Of a DNA stretch of 64,000 nt, positions 1-13,240 are shown one piece after another. The notes beneath the pieces are model-generated. The model did not search any database. It had not been told where the DNA came from and saw nothing but the letters and a program-made list of their open reading frames with translations. The position numbers were made by a program, and so were the translations under genes. The stretch covers positions 21,392,001 to 21,456,000 of the forward strand of contig CM052817.1 of assembly GCA_028534125.1 (NCBI GenBank). The letters run 5' to 3'. Origin of the DNA: Lama glama (lineage: Eukaryota). Every line of letters starts with the position of its first letter. Positions within the stretch are counted from its first letter, which is position 1.

Positions 1-267
1 AACAACATCCTGCAACAAAATTACTTATTTTGGGGGAAGCATATCTTTATCATTTCCTTATTTATGACACAAATAGTTTACATCGTTCAGTCCTGAAAAG
101 ACCTCACAATATACGCAATGGCTTTTATCATTTTTCTTTGTAAGTCTCCTCAAATTCTTAGAATTTGATGTATTTTACGAAAATACGAATGTCACAGGTA
201 ATCGAGATAGTCCCCTTACATTTTTACTATTAACTCCTTCAAAACGAAACAGAAACAAAACACTCAC

Positions 268-349
268 CTGTAATCCAGAGAAGTGGGGCTTTTCTTTACA
301 TTTTTCTTTGTCCTAATTTGTAGGGAAATCGAACTTCAGCTTCCAGTCA
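268..349 (-). other. Candidate non-coding (UTR/lncRNA) exon, 82 nt
   Basis: Minus-strand acceptor ctttttgttgttgttgttgttag| and donor CAG|GTGAGT; stop codons in all three frames. Confidence 0.35.
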
Positions 350-504
350 CTAACAACAACAACAACAAAAAGATAATGAAGCATTATGTACAGCTGCTAA
401 GTGATTTCAATACATATTCTAAGAGTATTCAACCTCATCACCCTTTCATTCCAAATGCTCTTTTAAAACCATGCATGCTCTGTCACAGCTGAAGAAGATT
501 TTAG

Positions 505-650
505 AGATTTTCCACTCAAACCTCATCATTATACAGATGAGAGAAATGTGGCCAAGAGCAGGTGGGTGGATTTTCTGAAGAGTTAAATGCTAATTACAGG
601 CACAGCTGGTACTAGAGTAAGTGTCTCCTAGTGGTCAATATACTACTTTC
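505..650 (-). mobile_element. MIR SINE fragment
   Basis: 'cattatacagatgagagaaatgtggccaagagcagg' resembles the antisense MIR core (cattttacagatgaggaaactgaggc); heavily diverged. Confidence 0.6.
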
Positions 651-1289
651 CCAATTACTTACATTCTTTGCTGCTTTCATTCCTATGTGCTTTGTAGTTA
701 TTAGAACTAAGATGTAGATGATTGAATCAAATTGTCTTGAACATAAAAGAAAGTCAATAGTGGTTAGTAAATTAATTTGTTTCAGCTATTTAGTAGGTAA
801 AAAACATAACTATACTTAAGTACCTTCCAAAGAGTGTATTCCTTTGAGAGTTCTATGCAGGGTTTTCACAGTGAACTCATCTCCCACTCTTTTAACTGGT
901 AACAGCCTTTAGCTACCAAAGAATTATTAATGCAACAAATGTAACAATTACTTTTATTTTTTATAAAGTTATTGTATTCATGTTTTTTAACTGTTTTGTA
1001 TGTTTCTTTCTATCCATTAAGGTATCTTTGTAAATTAAAACAAAAATATATATAAAGATAAAAATATTGTCCCAAAACTCAAAAATCTAGAAACAAACAC
1101 TTAATAGATGGTAAATATATACTTGTTATCTCCATGTAAAACATCAAATTTTATGACTACTTTTATAATGCTCCATTATAACAGTAAGTTTCAACATAAA
1201 TTTTTCCTAAGCTTATTTTTAATCACTACAAAGTATCCAATTTACCCAGCAATTAGAATAAACTTCTCAATCTAAAATGATTATCTTAA

Positions 1290-1530
1290 TTTCTGTCCAT
1301 GTGAATGGAAATACATTATAAAGTATATGACTAGATAAATCCTCTTCAAAAGATTTGCCACACTGATTTCCATAAACAATATGACAAATTCTATCCATGG
1401 ATATAGTGTTAAAAAAAGTGAGAATTTCACTGAACACTAAACATTATCATATGTGTTTTTCAAATTTCATGAGCGACAAATGGCAATCTAGTGTTGTTTA
1501 ATTTATGCTACTTTAGGTATTTTGCTCATT
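1290..1530 (-). mobile_element. Old L1 (L1M-type) ORF2 3' fragment
   Basis: 'ccacactgatttccataa...aaatggcaatctagtgttgtttaattt' resembles antisense L1 ORF2 C-terminal sequence. Confidence 0.5.
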
Positions 1531-1552
1531 TTTGATTAGTTTTTTTGTTGTT

Positions 1553-1690
1553 ATTAAAAAAGAATGAAATACTGTCATTTGCAGCAACATGGAAGGATCT
1601 AGAGATTATTATATAAGTAAAGTCAGTCAGATAAAGACAAATATATGATATCACATGTGGACTCTAAAAAAATGACACAAATTTACACTC
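1553..1690 (+). mobile_element. L1 ORF2 end / 3'UTR fragment
   Basis: 'aaaaaagaatgaaatactgtcatttgcagcaacatggaaggatctagagattattat..aagtaaagtcagtcaga' is the hallmark mammalian L1 ORF2 terminus. Confidence 0.85.
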
Positions 1691-2180
1691 TTAATTATAG
1701 TGAGAGTAACAACAGAATATACTTTCACAGTGCTTAATTATCGTATAAAATTCTCAAGAGGCCCATTTCAAGTATGCTTCATATTAATCACTTTTTCTAT
1801 CCCCTCTTATTTTATAATATGGGAAAATGTAAATTGCAAGATCAAGATGGCTCAACAGCATTTTTATGTGTATTACAAACTACACCATTTGCAGAGACAC
1901 AGATTTGTTGCATAATTCAACTTGCAACTGAACCATTAGATATAGTTGTTTAGAATAAAGGGACTAGTGGGTAACTACCAAAATAAATTCATATGCATTG
2001 TAGTCTGACACACAAAGTGACAATATTTACCCAATATTTTTAAACAGTATGGTATACTCTTTTTGCCTAAATAATGTACTACAGAATATATGTGCATGAT
2101 ACAGGCAACATGTATAGGAAACACAGTAGGGGCAGAAATGAAAACCTGATGACCCAATTTAGCTGCCAACAAATGAGGGT

Positions 2181-2597
2181 TGCAGGTGCTGGTGGCTGAA
2201 CAACAGACTCAGGGGAAGTCCAGTGTACACAGGGTTCATAGGGAATGAACATCTGTGCTAGGGAGGGTAAGGAAGCAGGATTGGGGAGGGTGTGGTCAAG
2301 CTGCACAACACATCCCATAATAGCCTCAGCTGATGCCATCTCCCCCCAAAAACGTGTGGAACTAAATTGCCCCTCAGAATTCTGTTGGATCAAAATAAAA
2401 AGGCCTTTGTACCCCTGCTTCAATCATTCCACCCTAAGGAGGAAAGGTTCTTTGGAGAACTGGCTTTTGGCAATTGAAGGCACTCCTGAAATTGGCTGGT
2501 ATCTGAAAGCTCTCAGCTCGACAGCATTCTCAGCAGCTCAGAAAACAAGTGCTACCTAGAAGAGGCATGTGGACGGCACAACTCAACGCCCGGCATA
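2181..2597 (-). mobile_element. ERVL solo LTR (LTR16-like)
   Basis: 'ggaagcaggattgggg..tagcctcagctgatgcc..aggcctttgtacccc' matches the remembered antisense LTR16 consensus; similar to the copy at 10922-11280. Confidence 0.7.
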
Positions 2598-3674
2598 AAG
2601 ACTCTTCAATGATATAAGAGAAATAATTATATCACAAATAGGAAAATGGTGGAAAACCAATTGTTACTGAGATGTTTCAAATTCTCCAACTCACTTCCAA
2701 CAGATGACCTTTTAGATCACAGGTATTTAAAGGAGCCTGGGGTTATCACTTGTTCCATGACTTTTCTTAACTTTTTCACTTGGTTGCAGTTCCGAAATCA
2801 CTGTGGTTACATGGCATACATATATTGTTAATATACATTGTATGAGAACAATAGAAAATAGTGTGAATTCCTGTTTGCCTACTATACAATACTCACATGT
2901 GAAATGAGAGAAAACAAATTTACAAAGTTCTTAAACATAATAAAATGACACAAATCTTTAGGCCAACCTCTTGGCTGCAAAGTGAGGTCAAAATTGCATC
3001 ACGTCTTTATTTCAGCAATCGAGTATATGTTGGAATAAAACAATAGTTTATATTAGAATGTGATTGTGAAAACATGATTTTTTGCTCTAAATATGTAAGT
3101 GCCAAGAAATTTTAGAATTAAAGTTTGAGGTTTAATAAACTAAATGGTTGTATAAATGTCTGTAAGGAAAAAAATTTCAGATCAAATAGCAACAGATCAG
3201 ACAGTTATAAAGAGGAAAAAGATATTTTAGGACCTTAAGTATCCACAAAAGTAAGCTCAAAAAAATACAATAAAAGGTTCTAAATTGTTTAATAAACCTC
3301 CTAAATGCTTCATAAAGTCTATTATCTGGTGTCATGGTTTTTTTAATCTCAGTAGTAGGGAAAAAAAGCCTGACATCAAAGCCTTATGGTTCTCATTTCC
3401 AGTAATAGTTTTAGAAATACTTGAAGAATGTATTGCAGGTGGAAGGCAATTTTAATTTAAGAAGTGGAAAATACGACTATTTATTAAATGTTAAAGTCTA
3501 GGAAAAGATTAGTAATAAATTAAAAATCTGTTTCAGTGATATAAAATACCAACTTTTATTTATGATTATGAGCTCTTATTTTAAATATACCCATACAATT
3601 TGTTGAAAAAAATTTATTTAAAATAGTTTTAAATGCATTTTCAATATATTTAGTTGTGACTGTCATTTCACTAT

Positions 3675-4740
3675 ATTTTGAGAGATGGAGTTTAATCTTC
3701 TTTACCTATAATGTGGGCTTGAGTTAGCTCACTTTTAACATACAGACTAAGAAAAGAAAACAATGATATTTTTCACTGCAGAAACTAGCAATCACCATCT
3801 TAAAGGAATAAAAGTTAACATTTTCAGTAATGTTATGTAAGCACTCATACTCCTGTCATGATGTGTTGAAATCAGTTCATCACTTCTCTGGCATTCTTCC
3901 CCAGAATCCATAACCTTAGTATAAACATGGAAAATATCAGACAAACCTAAGCTGAGTGGCATTCTGCAAAATATTCGACCCTTATTCCTCAAAACTGTCT
4001 AATACATAAAAGACAAGGAAAGACTGAGAAACTATCAAAATTGGAGAAGACGCCAATGGAGAGTCATGATAAATAAATGCAGTGTGGTACCTACCCTGGA
4101 CTGGATACTGGAATAGAGTAAACAACATTAGTGGAGATAGTAATGAAATATGAATGGATTCTGTAGTTAATAGTATTGTAAAGTTAATTTCTTAAGTTTT
4201 GATAAATGAACCTGCTGGAGGAGGCCATCCAGGAAGGGCATGACCTCTGGTTGACCCTAGAGCTGGACGCATATAATCAGATGCTTCTCCCCACGCTCCC
4301 CCTGTCCTTGGAATATACGGCTCTGTCCAGTGTTCTTACATCAGGAGCTGTTTACGAGGAAACAGCCTTGAGCAAGGTGCTGAGACCATCTGGACAGTGT
4401 ATGTGACGGAACCCAGGTAAGGCTGCTATATAAACTTTTCAGATTCTGGCAGGCAGATGCAGAGATCTACGTGTTTTTCAGCTGCCCAAGACAAGCCTTG
4501 CATGTTAAATTCTTTTGCTTATTAAACCTGCCACCTAGCAATACTGGGCGGCCTGTCTCTTTCTTTGGTCTCTCCTTGCCCTCTGTGTATGAGGGTCAAT
4601 TTACCAGCCAACAGCACAAGGCCATGTAAGCTATTATCACTGGGATGTTAGCGCAGGTAAAGGTTACATAGAAGCTCTCTGTACTGCCTTTGCTACCCTT
4701 CCATAACCCTCAAATCACTGCAAAATAAAAGTATAAAAAA
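3675..4740 (+). mobile_element. L1MC/L1MD-type 3' end, interrupted by an LTR at about 4207-4613
   Basis: 'cagaatccataaccttagt..tcagacaaacctaagctgagtggcattctgcaaaat..cctcaaaactgtc', then resumption after the LTR ('ctctctgtactgcctttgc..aaaataaaagtataaaaaa') ending in an A-rich tail. Confidence 0.8.
4207..4613 (+). mobile_element. ERV solo LTR (younger, probably 5'-truncated)
   Basis: GC-richer island splitting the L1. TATA-like 'tatataaa' near 4427, ATTAAA near 4521, ends '..ccaaca'. No TSD readable. Confidence 0.7.
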
Positions 4741-4953
4741 ACTGCACAATTATTAAAGTTATTTCCAATATATTTCAGATCTCATTTATGTTCTTGTTGT
4801 TTGACTAATTATGTAGGACAGGATTTATTTTTAAAGTTAATAGTGGAATATTCAAATTCCCAAGAGGCGTCCTGTAAAAAATATACTTCCATACTTGTGC
4901 CTTGGGACTGCTTTATCCTTTTAGTAGTTCGATAAATGAAACTCCCTTTCATT

Positions 4954-5001
4954 CTCTCCCTCTCTCTCTCTTACACACACATACACACACACACACACAC
5001 A
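4954..5001. repeat. Compound (CT)n(CA)n microsatellite
   Basis: Seen directly. Confidence 0.9.
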
Positions 5002-5139
5002 TTTATATTGATCTCTATGGTGACTTGATCATACCTAAAATTTATATTCATAGTTATAATTGGACAACTTTGTAGAAAATAGCAAGAATTCTGAAGTAAG
5101 TTTTGATCATTTTCCACTTAAAACTAGTTTTCATAAGAG

Positions 5140-5530
5140 CAATTCCCCGCTGTACTCTCATTATTTTTTCTTACCAAGGGTCCTGGAAGTTTTAACTGGG
5201 AACATGGCTATGCAACTAAAGTCTGCATTTGCTAGCTTCTCATTCAGCTAGGCATGGCCACAGTATATGCAACTTCTACCTCGATACTTTTATGGAAAAA
5301 GACAAACCTGCATTTTCTGCTCTTTTCTCTCATTCACCAGCAGGGATATTGAAATTAGGACTGGACTAGAGACAACTTAGACTCTGAGAAGAACACAGCC
5401 AATGGGGGGTGTAAGAAATGATGGATGATAACTGAATACTTAGATGCTTTCCCATCCACTCTATGTGATAGGAAATAAATTTCTATCTTATTTGTCATTA
5501 TAATTTGTATTATCTCTTTAAATCAGTCTA
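5140..5530 (+). mobile_element. Old MaLR LTR (MLT1-like)
   Basis: 'ctgcatttgctagcttctcattcagctaggcatggccac' and 3' 'ggaaataaatttctatcttatttgtcatt' are typical of old MLT1 LTRs. Confidence 0.55.
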
Positions 5531-8500
5531 AGATTATTCTTGTTAATAGGGTCATTTGCTGGTGTGGAAAGTTGAAACAAGTTATGTTTCCACAAATTAA
5601 AAGGCACTAAGTTGTACAAGTCAGTGTTATATTGAAACATATTCTTATATATTCACTTAAATGTATACATATGACCACCAAGTCAGTTACAATTATTTTT
5701 CCAGTAGTAGATCACTGTTTTAATTTAAATTTGTCATTTTATTGTCTATAAAATTAGAGTGAAAAGGTGGAGGTAGACTGGTACATTTACATAATTTAAA
5801 TCAGTTTTGTCACACTTGCATAGTATTTAGTGTGAAAATATAGTTGAGTATCTTTACTGTAATAAAATGCCTTAAAATTTTTTTCCTTTTTTCTTTTGTT
5901 TATATGTTTTAATCCTTTAGACTTTATAGAGGTGTGAAGTATAATGCTATTTTCATCTAATTATTTCTATGAGATAAATTAGATTTAAGTATAGATAACT
6001 CCAGACTTGTCACCAGGATTATATTAAATAGAATAAATTAGCATTAAAGTTTTATCTGAAGCTGTCTGAAATAAAATATAATCACTTTCCCATTTAATAA
6101 CTTAGGTTTAACTACTGAAATATGTATGTTATATAAATATATTCTTGACCCTAATTAGTCACCTTTGGATAAAGGGAAATATTAAAAATATGGCTTCACT
6201 AATTATAAAAAATTTATTATTTAGATTGTAATAAATATTAGCTGAAATTTATCAGGTGGCATTTTTTTTTTTACTTTGTGGAGAAACATTTTTGAGTTGT
6301 ATTACTGAAAGTTACTTTTTGTTTTTCTGTTGTCCTAACTTAGTTAAAGAATTTTACTTTGCAGCTACATAATTACTATCTCTTATTGTAAAATACTAGG
6401 CAGCTATCTTTAGTTGTTAGGTGTTTAAATGAGTTTTCAACAAACCTCGCCATTTTAAAATTTTGTCAGCCTTAGTCTTTTAAACAAAGTCCACAAAATA
6501 AATTAAGTAACAAGTTCTAATAATAAACAAACACTTCAAAATTATGCTATCCATAGGATAACTTAGTCTGTTGGATGTTACTAATTAATATTTTGCTGAA
6601 TTTTGGGGGGGCAACCTAAGATAATTTAAGGTTGGTAGAAAAATTATCTTCCATCTTAGTATACAGTATGTTTGGAGGAAGATAAAAACTTAGCAAGTGC
6701 TATGTGGACATTGATAGCTTTAAGGAATCAAAGTCCAGATCCTCAATTTCCACATGCACTCTTCCCAAAAAGATGTACTGTTTCTGCAAATGCAAATGCT
6801 ACCCAGGAGCCACTCTGGTTCTTAGGTCCCAACTTTCTTTTCAACTTCAGAGAAATGAATGAAAGAAAGAAAAGGAAAAAGACAGAGAAGGAAGGAATGA
6901 AAAATTATATGAGATTCCCATGCATTCTAAATCTTATGATGGCAAATTTATCCACAGAATGTTCTCTTGGACAATTCAGATTCTCAGTGTAAGCAGTCAT
7001 CTCAATGTCAGTCATGCAACAGCTATCTTTCCCACTTTCCTGTTCAATTCTGCTGTAGGCTGTACTTGGCATCTGAAACTGGCACTGACCATTTTCAGAT
7101 GCTTTCTGAATTTTGGTAAGGTCTAGAGTGAGGTAGGAGTGATACAACATTTTATGTAATGACTCACTTTTTTATCCTATAGCAATCATAAAAAGTGCAT
7201 TGCTTCTGAGTGAAAAATCTGCTGAAATTTAAGCATAGTAAAATGGTGAAAATTAGTGGATCTGGCACTTTTTTCCATCAGGCAACAAATTTTTGGTAAA
7301 GCTCTGTGCCTCTATCTATCTATCTATCTATCTCTTATCTATCTGTCATTTATCCTAGAAGTAATTGTCTTTTTAAAAATCACAGTAGCTTTTTTAAGAA
7401 TGTAGTTTCAGGTGGCTCACTCCACTCTAACATGTGTCATACATTACATAATCATAATTTTCTTTTTATATGTTGTATATATTCCATACAAATAATATGT
7501 AAAATCTCTAATCTAAAAATTTTGATAAAAATATATTTAAAACACATAAATACAATGATATTCTCAAAAAATGTTTATTTCAGTATGTATCAAAATTAAG
7601 TTTTGTTTTCCAACACTTTTTATATTTTCCAACTATATCAGGTTAAAAAATGTATCTCTAAATGCAACAATTAAAATAAAATGTGTGAGTGAAACATTAT
7701 AATGAATCAAGTGTCAGTAAGATCTTTTTGGAATACTTTCTAGAACTTACAAAAATAAACAACGTAATGACTTGACTGTCAATTAATACATAGACTTGGT
7801 AGTTTCACTTTTTTTCTCCATATAAAATTGAAGACCTAAATAGAACTGACATAAGATTCATAAGTCATTATGAATAATTTTTAATGATTGACCCAAATGT
7901 GGTTTTATGTCATATAACTCAATGAAATTCAGAAAAATATGAAATTTGACTATTAATACACATTCTATTGTTCCCTAATTATTTACATGAACAAAGTTTC
8001 TCAGCACTTACACCTGTGAAGTTAAAAAAACAGGTTTATAATTTAACCTACAAACTGTTTCTTTCTGTAATAAGTTGTGGTTATCATATACATCATAATT
8101 TTTTAAAAAGCCCTATTCAATTTATTAACAAACATTTCCAAAATTTTAATCTTTTGTGTTTATTAATTGCTCATCAAAATTGGTAACTTTTTAATAATTT
8201 TTCAAACAAGGATGTACTGATACTTTTACTAATTAAAACTAAGAATATATTTTAATCATTACAGCCTTATGATCACAGGAAAAATTTTTAAATAATCACA
8301 TTATATCATTTTTATATGTAGAGTATAATATGAATTCAATAAAAACTTTCATGCTTGAATACACCAGGATGAAAACTTGTGGGAAAAGTGAACTGGAAAT
8401 AGAATACTACAGAAGTTACTCCTGAAAATCTTTAAAATTTTGGTTGTTAATTTTAAAAAATTAAGAAAGGTTCATTTTAAATTTTATTTTAAATTTATTT

Positions 8501-9014
8501 TAGGATGCATTTAAAGTTTATTTTAGGATAGCATAAACTGAAATTTGAAAATACTATGTTAATGCATCTCAAAGCAACACATCTCCTAAAAAAGGTCTGG
8601 ACAGGGTGCAAGATGACTATCTTATATTGTTTTCTTAGAATTTTATTTTGGTTCAAATATTTAGGCAGATTTTTAAAGCAGTATGTCTCAGATTCATAGA
8701 AGTAACCAAGATACAAGGTTGGGATAGGCAGCTCATTTTTGACAGACCTGAAAAATCTGTGATTTATTCAAAAATTGTCAAAAATGTAGAGCAGGAATAT
8801 TGATTGAACATTAATTAGAAATATTAAAAAAAATCTCAAATCCAAACATTATAAATTATTTTCTAAGATTACATGTCGCTTTATTTATGTGTATTACAAA
8901 AACAACACCTAGTCATTATAGAAAACAAAAAAAAAAAGAAAAAGAAAACAAAAGAACATAAGAACACCTATTACTCTTCCCCAAAGATGGACATCCTTCA
9001 GGGTAGGATCCTGT

Positions 9015-9230
9015 AGGTAAATAGTACAGCTGGGTGTTTATAAACACAGGTTCTTCATTTCAAATCCTAGCTTTTTTTGAAAAATAGCTGCTCACTACTT
9101 AATCCCTTGTTTTCTCCTGTAAACTGCAGCTGTTAATAGTACCTACCTCACATGCTGGAGAATTGAGTTAATACTTGTAGAATACATGGGAAAGTAGCTG
9201 GCATGTGTTTAGCAACCAGTAAGTATTATC
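9015..9230 (+). mobile_element. MIR SINE
   Basis: 'ttcaaatcctagct..ttttctcctgtaaa..aatagtacctacctcaca..gagttaatacttgtaga..ctggcatgtg'. Confidence 0.8.
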
Positions 9231-9983
9231 CCAGTTTTGTATATGCACATATTTATGTAATATTTAAATAAAACACTGTGATATTTATTTCACATAAATT
9301 TAAAACATTGTACATATAACTTATAAATGGTGCATGGGTATGTATTATGTGTTTGTATGTGTGTGTTATGTGTATGTACATATACATAAAATTTTAACAT
9401 ATGTGAGTTCTTCCACAAATCACCTTTTATCTAAATTTTTTCCTGTTAATCTTTTCTAAATAATGCAAAGTACTAATAATTGGGTGAATGTGAAAAGTGA
9501 AAAGTAATGTGGAAACCAAAACTTCAGAAAGTAATGCAAAAATGATCAGACTGATTCAAGGCTAACTCATAATTCTCCAAAACGGTGTGAAAATAATGAG
9601 TGATTTGTGGGAATATTTTTAATCATATTTCAATTTAAGCAGATCATAACCATAACATCTGCTTTACTCAAGTCTCAATCAATTGCAAGTAAACTGGGGG
9701 AAAAAAAGTTCAAGGAGAGACTATATTCTGAAAGACAAAGCATAGTAAGCCAAAAGTAAAAAGTGTTTATTTAAACACTTTAAACTCAGCTATTTAGATA
9801 ATTTTAAATAATTTAGGGTTAAATCAGATTTAATATTTGAGATGCAAATATTCAGTGTTATACATTAACAGGAGTCCTACACCAAGAATTCAGATCCTAC
9901 ACAAATAAAGATTCAATTTCTTTATTCCCTGCTCTTGCAGCATCTGCCCATTCTTTTCCTAGCTATTTGCTAAATGCTTACCC

Positions 9984-10200
9984 TTTCTTTTTCTTTTCTT
10001 TTTTTAAAGTATCATCAGGTTACAATGTGTTAATTTCTGGTGTACAGTATAGTGTTTCAGTTATACATATATACATATATTCCTTTTTGTATTTTTTCAT
10101 TTTAGGTTATTACAAGATATTGAATATAGCTCCCTGTGCTATATAGTAAAACCTTGTTTGTTTATCGATTTTATATATAGTAGTTTGTATCAGCAAATCT
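9984..10200 (-). mobile_element. Cetartiodactyl-type L1 3' end
   Basis: T-rich tail followed by 'ttacaatgtgttaatttctggtgtacagtatagtg..ttattacaagatattgaatatagctccctgtgctata'; related to the reverse complement of 30158-30538. Confidence 0.85.
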
Positions 10201-10284
10201 TGGTTTTAAAGTCTTAAAAAATTCTTGTGTTTTTCCTAATCTGAATGTGAGATTTTATGCTTCTTGTTCTTAACACTCAATACA

Positions 10285-10480
10285 ATTACAAGTAAATAAT
10301 TAATTGTGTGATTTGTTCTTCATTATGCTCACTTTGTTCTAAAACTGAAAGTTACATTAGGAAAAGAAATATCTTTGTCATGTTCACCTATCACAGTGCC
10401 TTCTCAGACAGAGTAGACAGTGAGTAAATATGAACTGAATGAATGAGAATTTATTGAATACAGTGATGGATGAGTGAATG
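10285..10480 (+). mobile_element. L2 3' end
   Basis: 'cacagtgccttctcagacagagtagacagtgagtaaatatgaactgaatgaatga' with the TGAA-repeat tail of L2. Confidence 0.65.
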
Positions 10481-10654
10481 AAGAGAAGACTAATAAATTT
10501 TCTTTATATTTAATTAAATTCAAATTAAAGATTCTTAGAAAAATATGGTTGGTAATTGGAGGGAATTGAATGATTTTTGATCAGTAGTCAATGTACTAAT
10601 TCATTTTGCAAAGCCAACACCCTAACTTAGGTGATCTTTGAAAAAGTTCAAACA

Positions 10655-11540
10655 TATTAAACCCTATGCTTGAAACTCTAAGAGTTCTACTATAAATTCA
10701 TGAACTGATACCGTCACTGGTGTACCCAGGACACTACATGCTCTGGTCTCCGGCTACCTGTCTGAAGGTGTTTATCCTCCCCCTCTGTCCTACCCACCGC
10801 TCTACTGAAGCCATTGTTCCTCCTTTTATATATCTAGTTCTTGCTCTTGCCAAAGCTTTTGAAATTGCTATTAACGCAAACTAGAAAGTTATTCCTCTAA
10901 AAACTTGTGTACCTTACTTCATGTTGCAGTTTCTGTTCCCTGGGAAGCCAGCTTTGAGACAAAGAGTAAAGAGTTTGCAGGAGCAGCACCTGTGGATTGG
11001 AAAGGAAGGAAGCAGGATTGGGCAGAGAGAGATACTGCTACAGTCTCAATAAATGCCTCATCCAACCACACAGGGAGTTCAGAAACTGGAATGATCTTCC
11101 ATCAGTCCTGTTTTGACCTGGCATTGGAAGCAAGCCTCCTTGAAGAGGATGTGACCTTAGGTGAGGCCACTCATTTCAGTTCAGGAAATCCAAAGAGACA
11201 CATCAACTGCCCCTAGGACCTGGGTGAATAAGATCATCAGTCTTGAAGGGAGATCTAGGAGACGTATCACAGAACCAACACTCCATCACATCATAGTCTT
11301 CTCAAGTTATTATCTTTGAGAAAAGTACACCATTACTACAATTGGCTCTATTATTTATCCTGCCTTATGTTTTTTTTTAATTATAGCACTTACAACTACC
11401 CAATTATATAACATGCATTTAATTGTTTATTCATGAATTGTGCATTTCCCCCTTAGAATATAAACTCCACAAGTTTGGAACTTCACTGCTTTACCTCCAC
11501 TGCCTAGAATGATGCCTGGTGAAAATACAGCTATCCAGTT
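10655..11540 (+). mobile_element. L2 3' region split by an LTR16-like insertion
   Basis: L2-like sequence on both sides of 10922-11280, e.g. 'ttatagcacttacaactac..ttagaatataaactcca..ctgcctagaatgatgcctgg'. Confidence 0.7.
10922..11280 (-). mobile_element. ERVL solo LTR (LTR16-like) with TSD
   Basis: TG..CA termini; 5-bp TSD CTTCA (10917-10921) / CTCCA (11281-11285); contains 'ggaagcaggattgggcagagagaga'. Confidence 0.8.
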
Positions 11541-13240
11541 CTTTGGGTTTTGTTACTGGTGTTGTTTTTAGTTTTTCTTTAGGTACTAAAATAAGGTTTC
11601 TCTTTTTTTTTGCATCACTCTTGCAAACAAACACACTAAAATATAACTTTCCTTCAGTGTATTTAGTAAATTGAGACCAAGAATTCAGTCTGATTATCTG
11701 ATTATTTTACTAGCACAATTTTTTCGTAAGATTTTTTTTTTCAAATATCATGTCAATTAACTAACAGGATTCTGGTATGTAGTGAAAAAGAATGCTTGAC
11801 ATTTATATCTAAAATTGAGAGTTTGATAATTTTTCATGCACTTTGAAAGTATTTGGATATTTTGCGAAAATTAGCATGTAATTTCATGAAATGGGATATG
11901 TGGGGGAGATTAATTAACTGAGCATTTTGATATATAAAAAGACAAATTTTCAGACTCTTCTAGACCCCTAAGAAGGAAGCCTGTACAGCTGAGAAAGGCA
12001 AAGCCAATATATTCACAGTGGAACATTTTACTTGTCTTCCCTCATTGCAGATCCACTTAGTTATGAAGTACATATTATAGGAATAAAGAAATTGGGCTGC
12101 TAAATATGCTTTTTTACTTTCTGTTTAAATAAAAGAAAAATAAAATTATGATCTTTTGAACCAGGCTTTCCTGAAACACTAGCCATATGTCACTAATATT
12201 TTAGATTGACCATCTGCTGTGGAATATCTCGTGTGTATCAGAAGTAACAACACACAGAACTAATGAGAAATGTGAATCTCAAATTAATTATTTTTGTCTA
12301 TGAGTCTCATTCTAGCAAATAGTGAGACAAGAAATAATTTTAAAAATTATTTCTGGGAAACTACACTGTCTTTTTAAAAATTACATAATTACTTTAAAAC
12401 ATTTTCCCTTTATATGCTGAATTATGTTTCTAACATGTTCTGAACCTTGTTAAAAATACGTTTTATAACAAGTCTTATTATTTAGAAATGTTAGAAATAT
12501 AATCCAATATATGTCACCTTTAATAAACCAACTAGGGAAAAACTGAAGAGGAGCAAATTAATTGGCTGGATACAGTTATTAAGAATATTTTATTAGTGAT
12601 TTCACAAATATCAAAGATAAGACCACTAGCTTGTTTATTAGAACATAATTAAGAAGTTAATAAAAATGTTCCTGTTGGCACTTAGTTTACAAATGAGGAA
12701 TCATTGTGTGCATGGGAGAAATATGTTAGGTGGACAATAATGGAGTAAGAAATTTAATTGCTATCTATTTTATATAATTTGGGGCTAAATTCTATAAAGT
12801 TAAATTGACATCTAACTTGCTCTTGAATCTTTTTTAATTCAACAAGTGATGTCACCACAATTATAAAATTAATAAAAATAAAGAGTTTATTTTAAGTTAA
12901 ATTTAAAAGTGCCAGTTGTCTGGGTATTTGCTTCTAAAATCTTTCTCTTCACAAATTCACAATATGGTGTCAGAAAGTAATAAGCATGAAAATAAAATCA
13001 ATATATCTGACTTCCAGTGCAAACTGGCATTTCTCATTTAATAATCTTTAGAATTTATATTTGTAAGAAAAGCCTGTATGACTTGTATGATAGATATGTT
13101 ACATATTATCTACATAATGCTAAAAACTAATTTTTCATAAATTCAACAACAAAATAATTTTCAATTAATTTGAACCTTATAAAGGCCAAACAGATGGTTA
13201 TTGACTGAGGTTTTTGTTTTAAGCCAGCAATTGTGTTATA

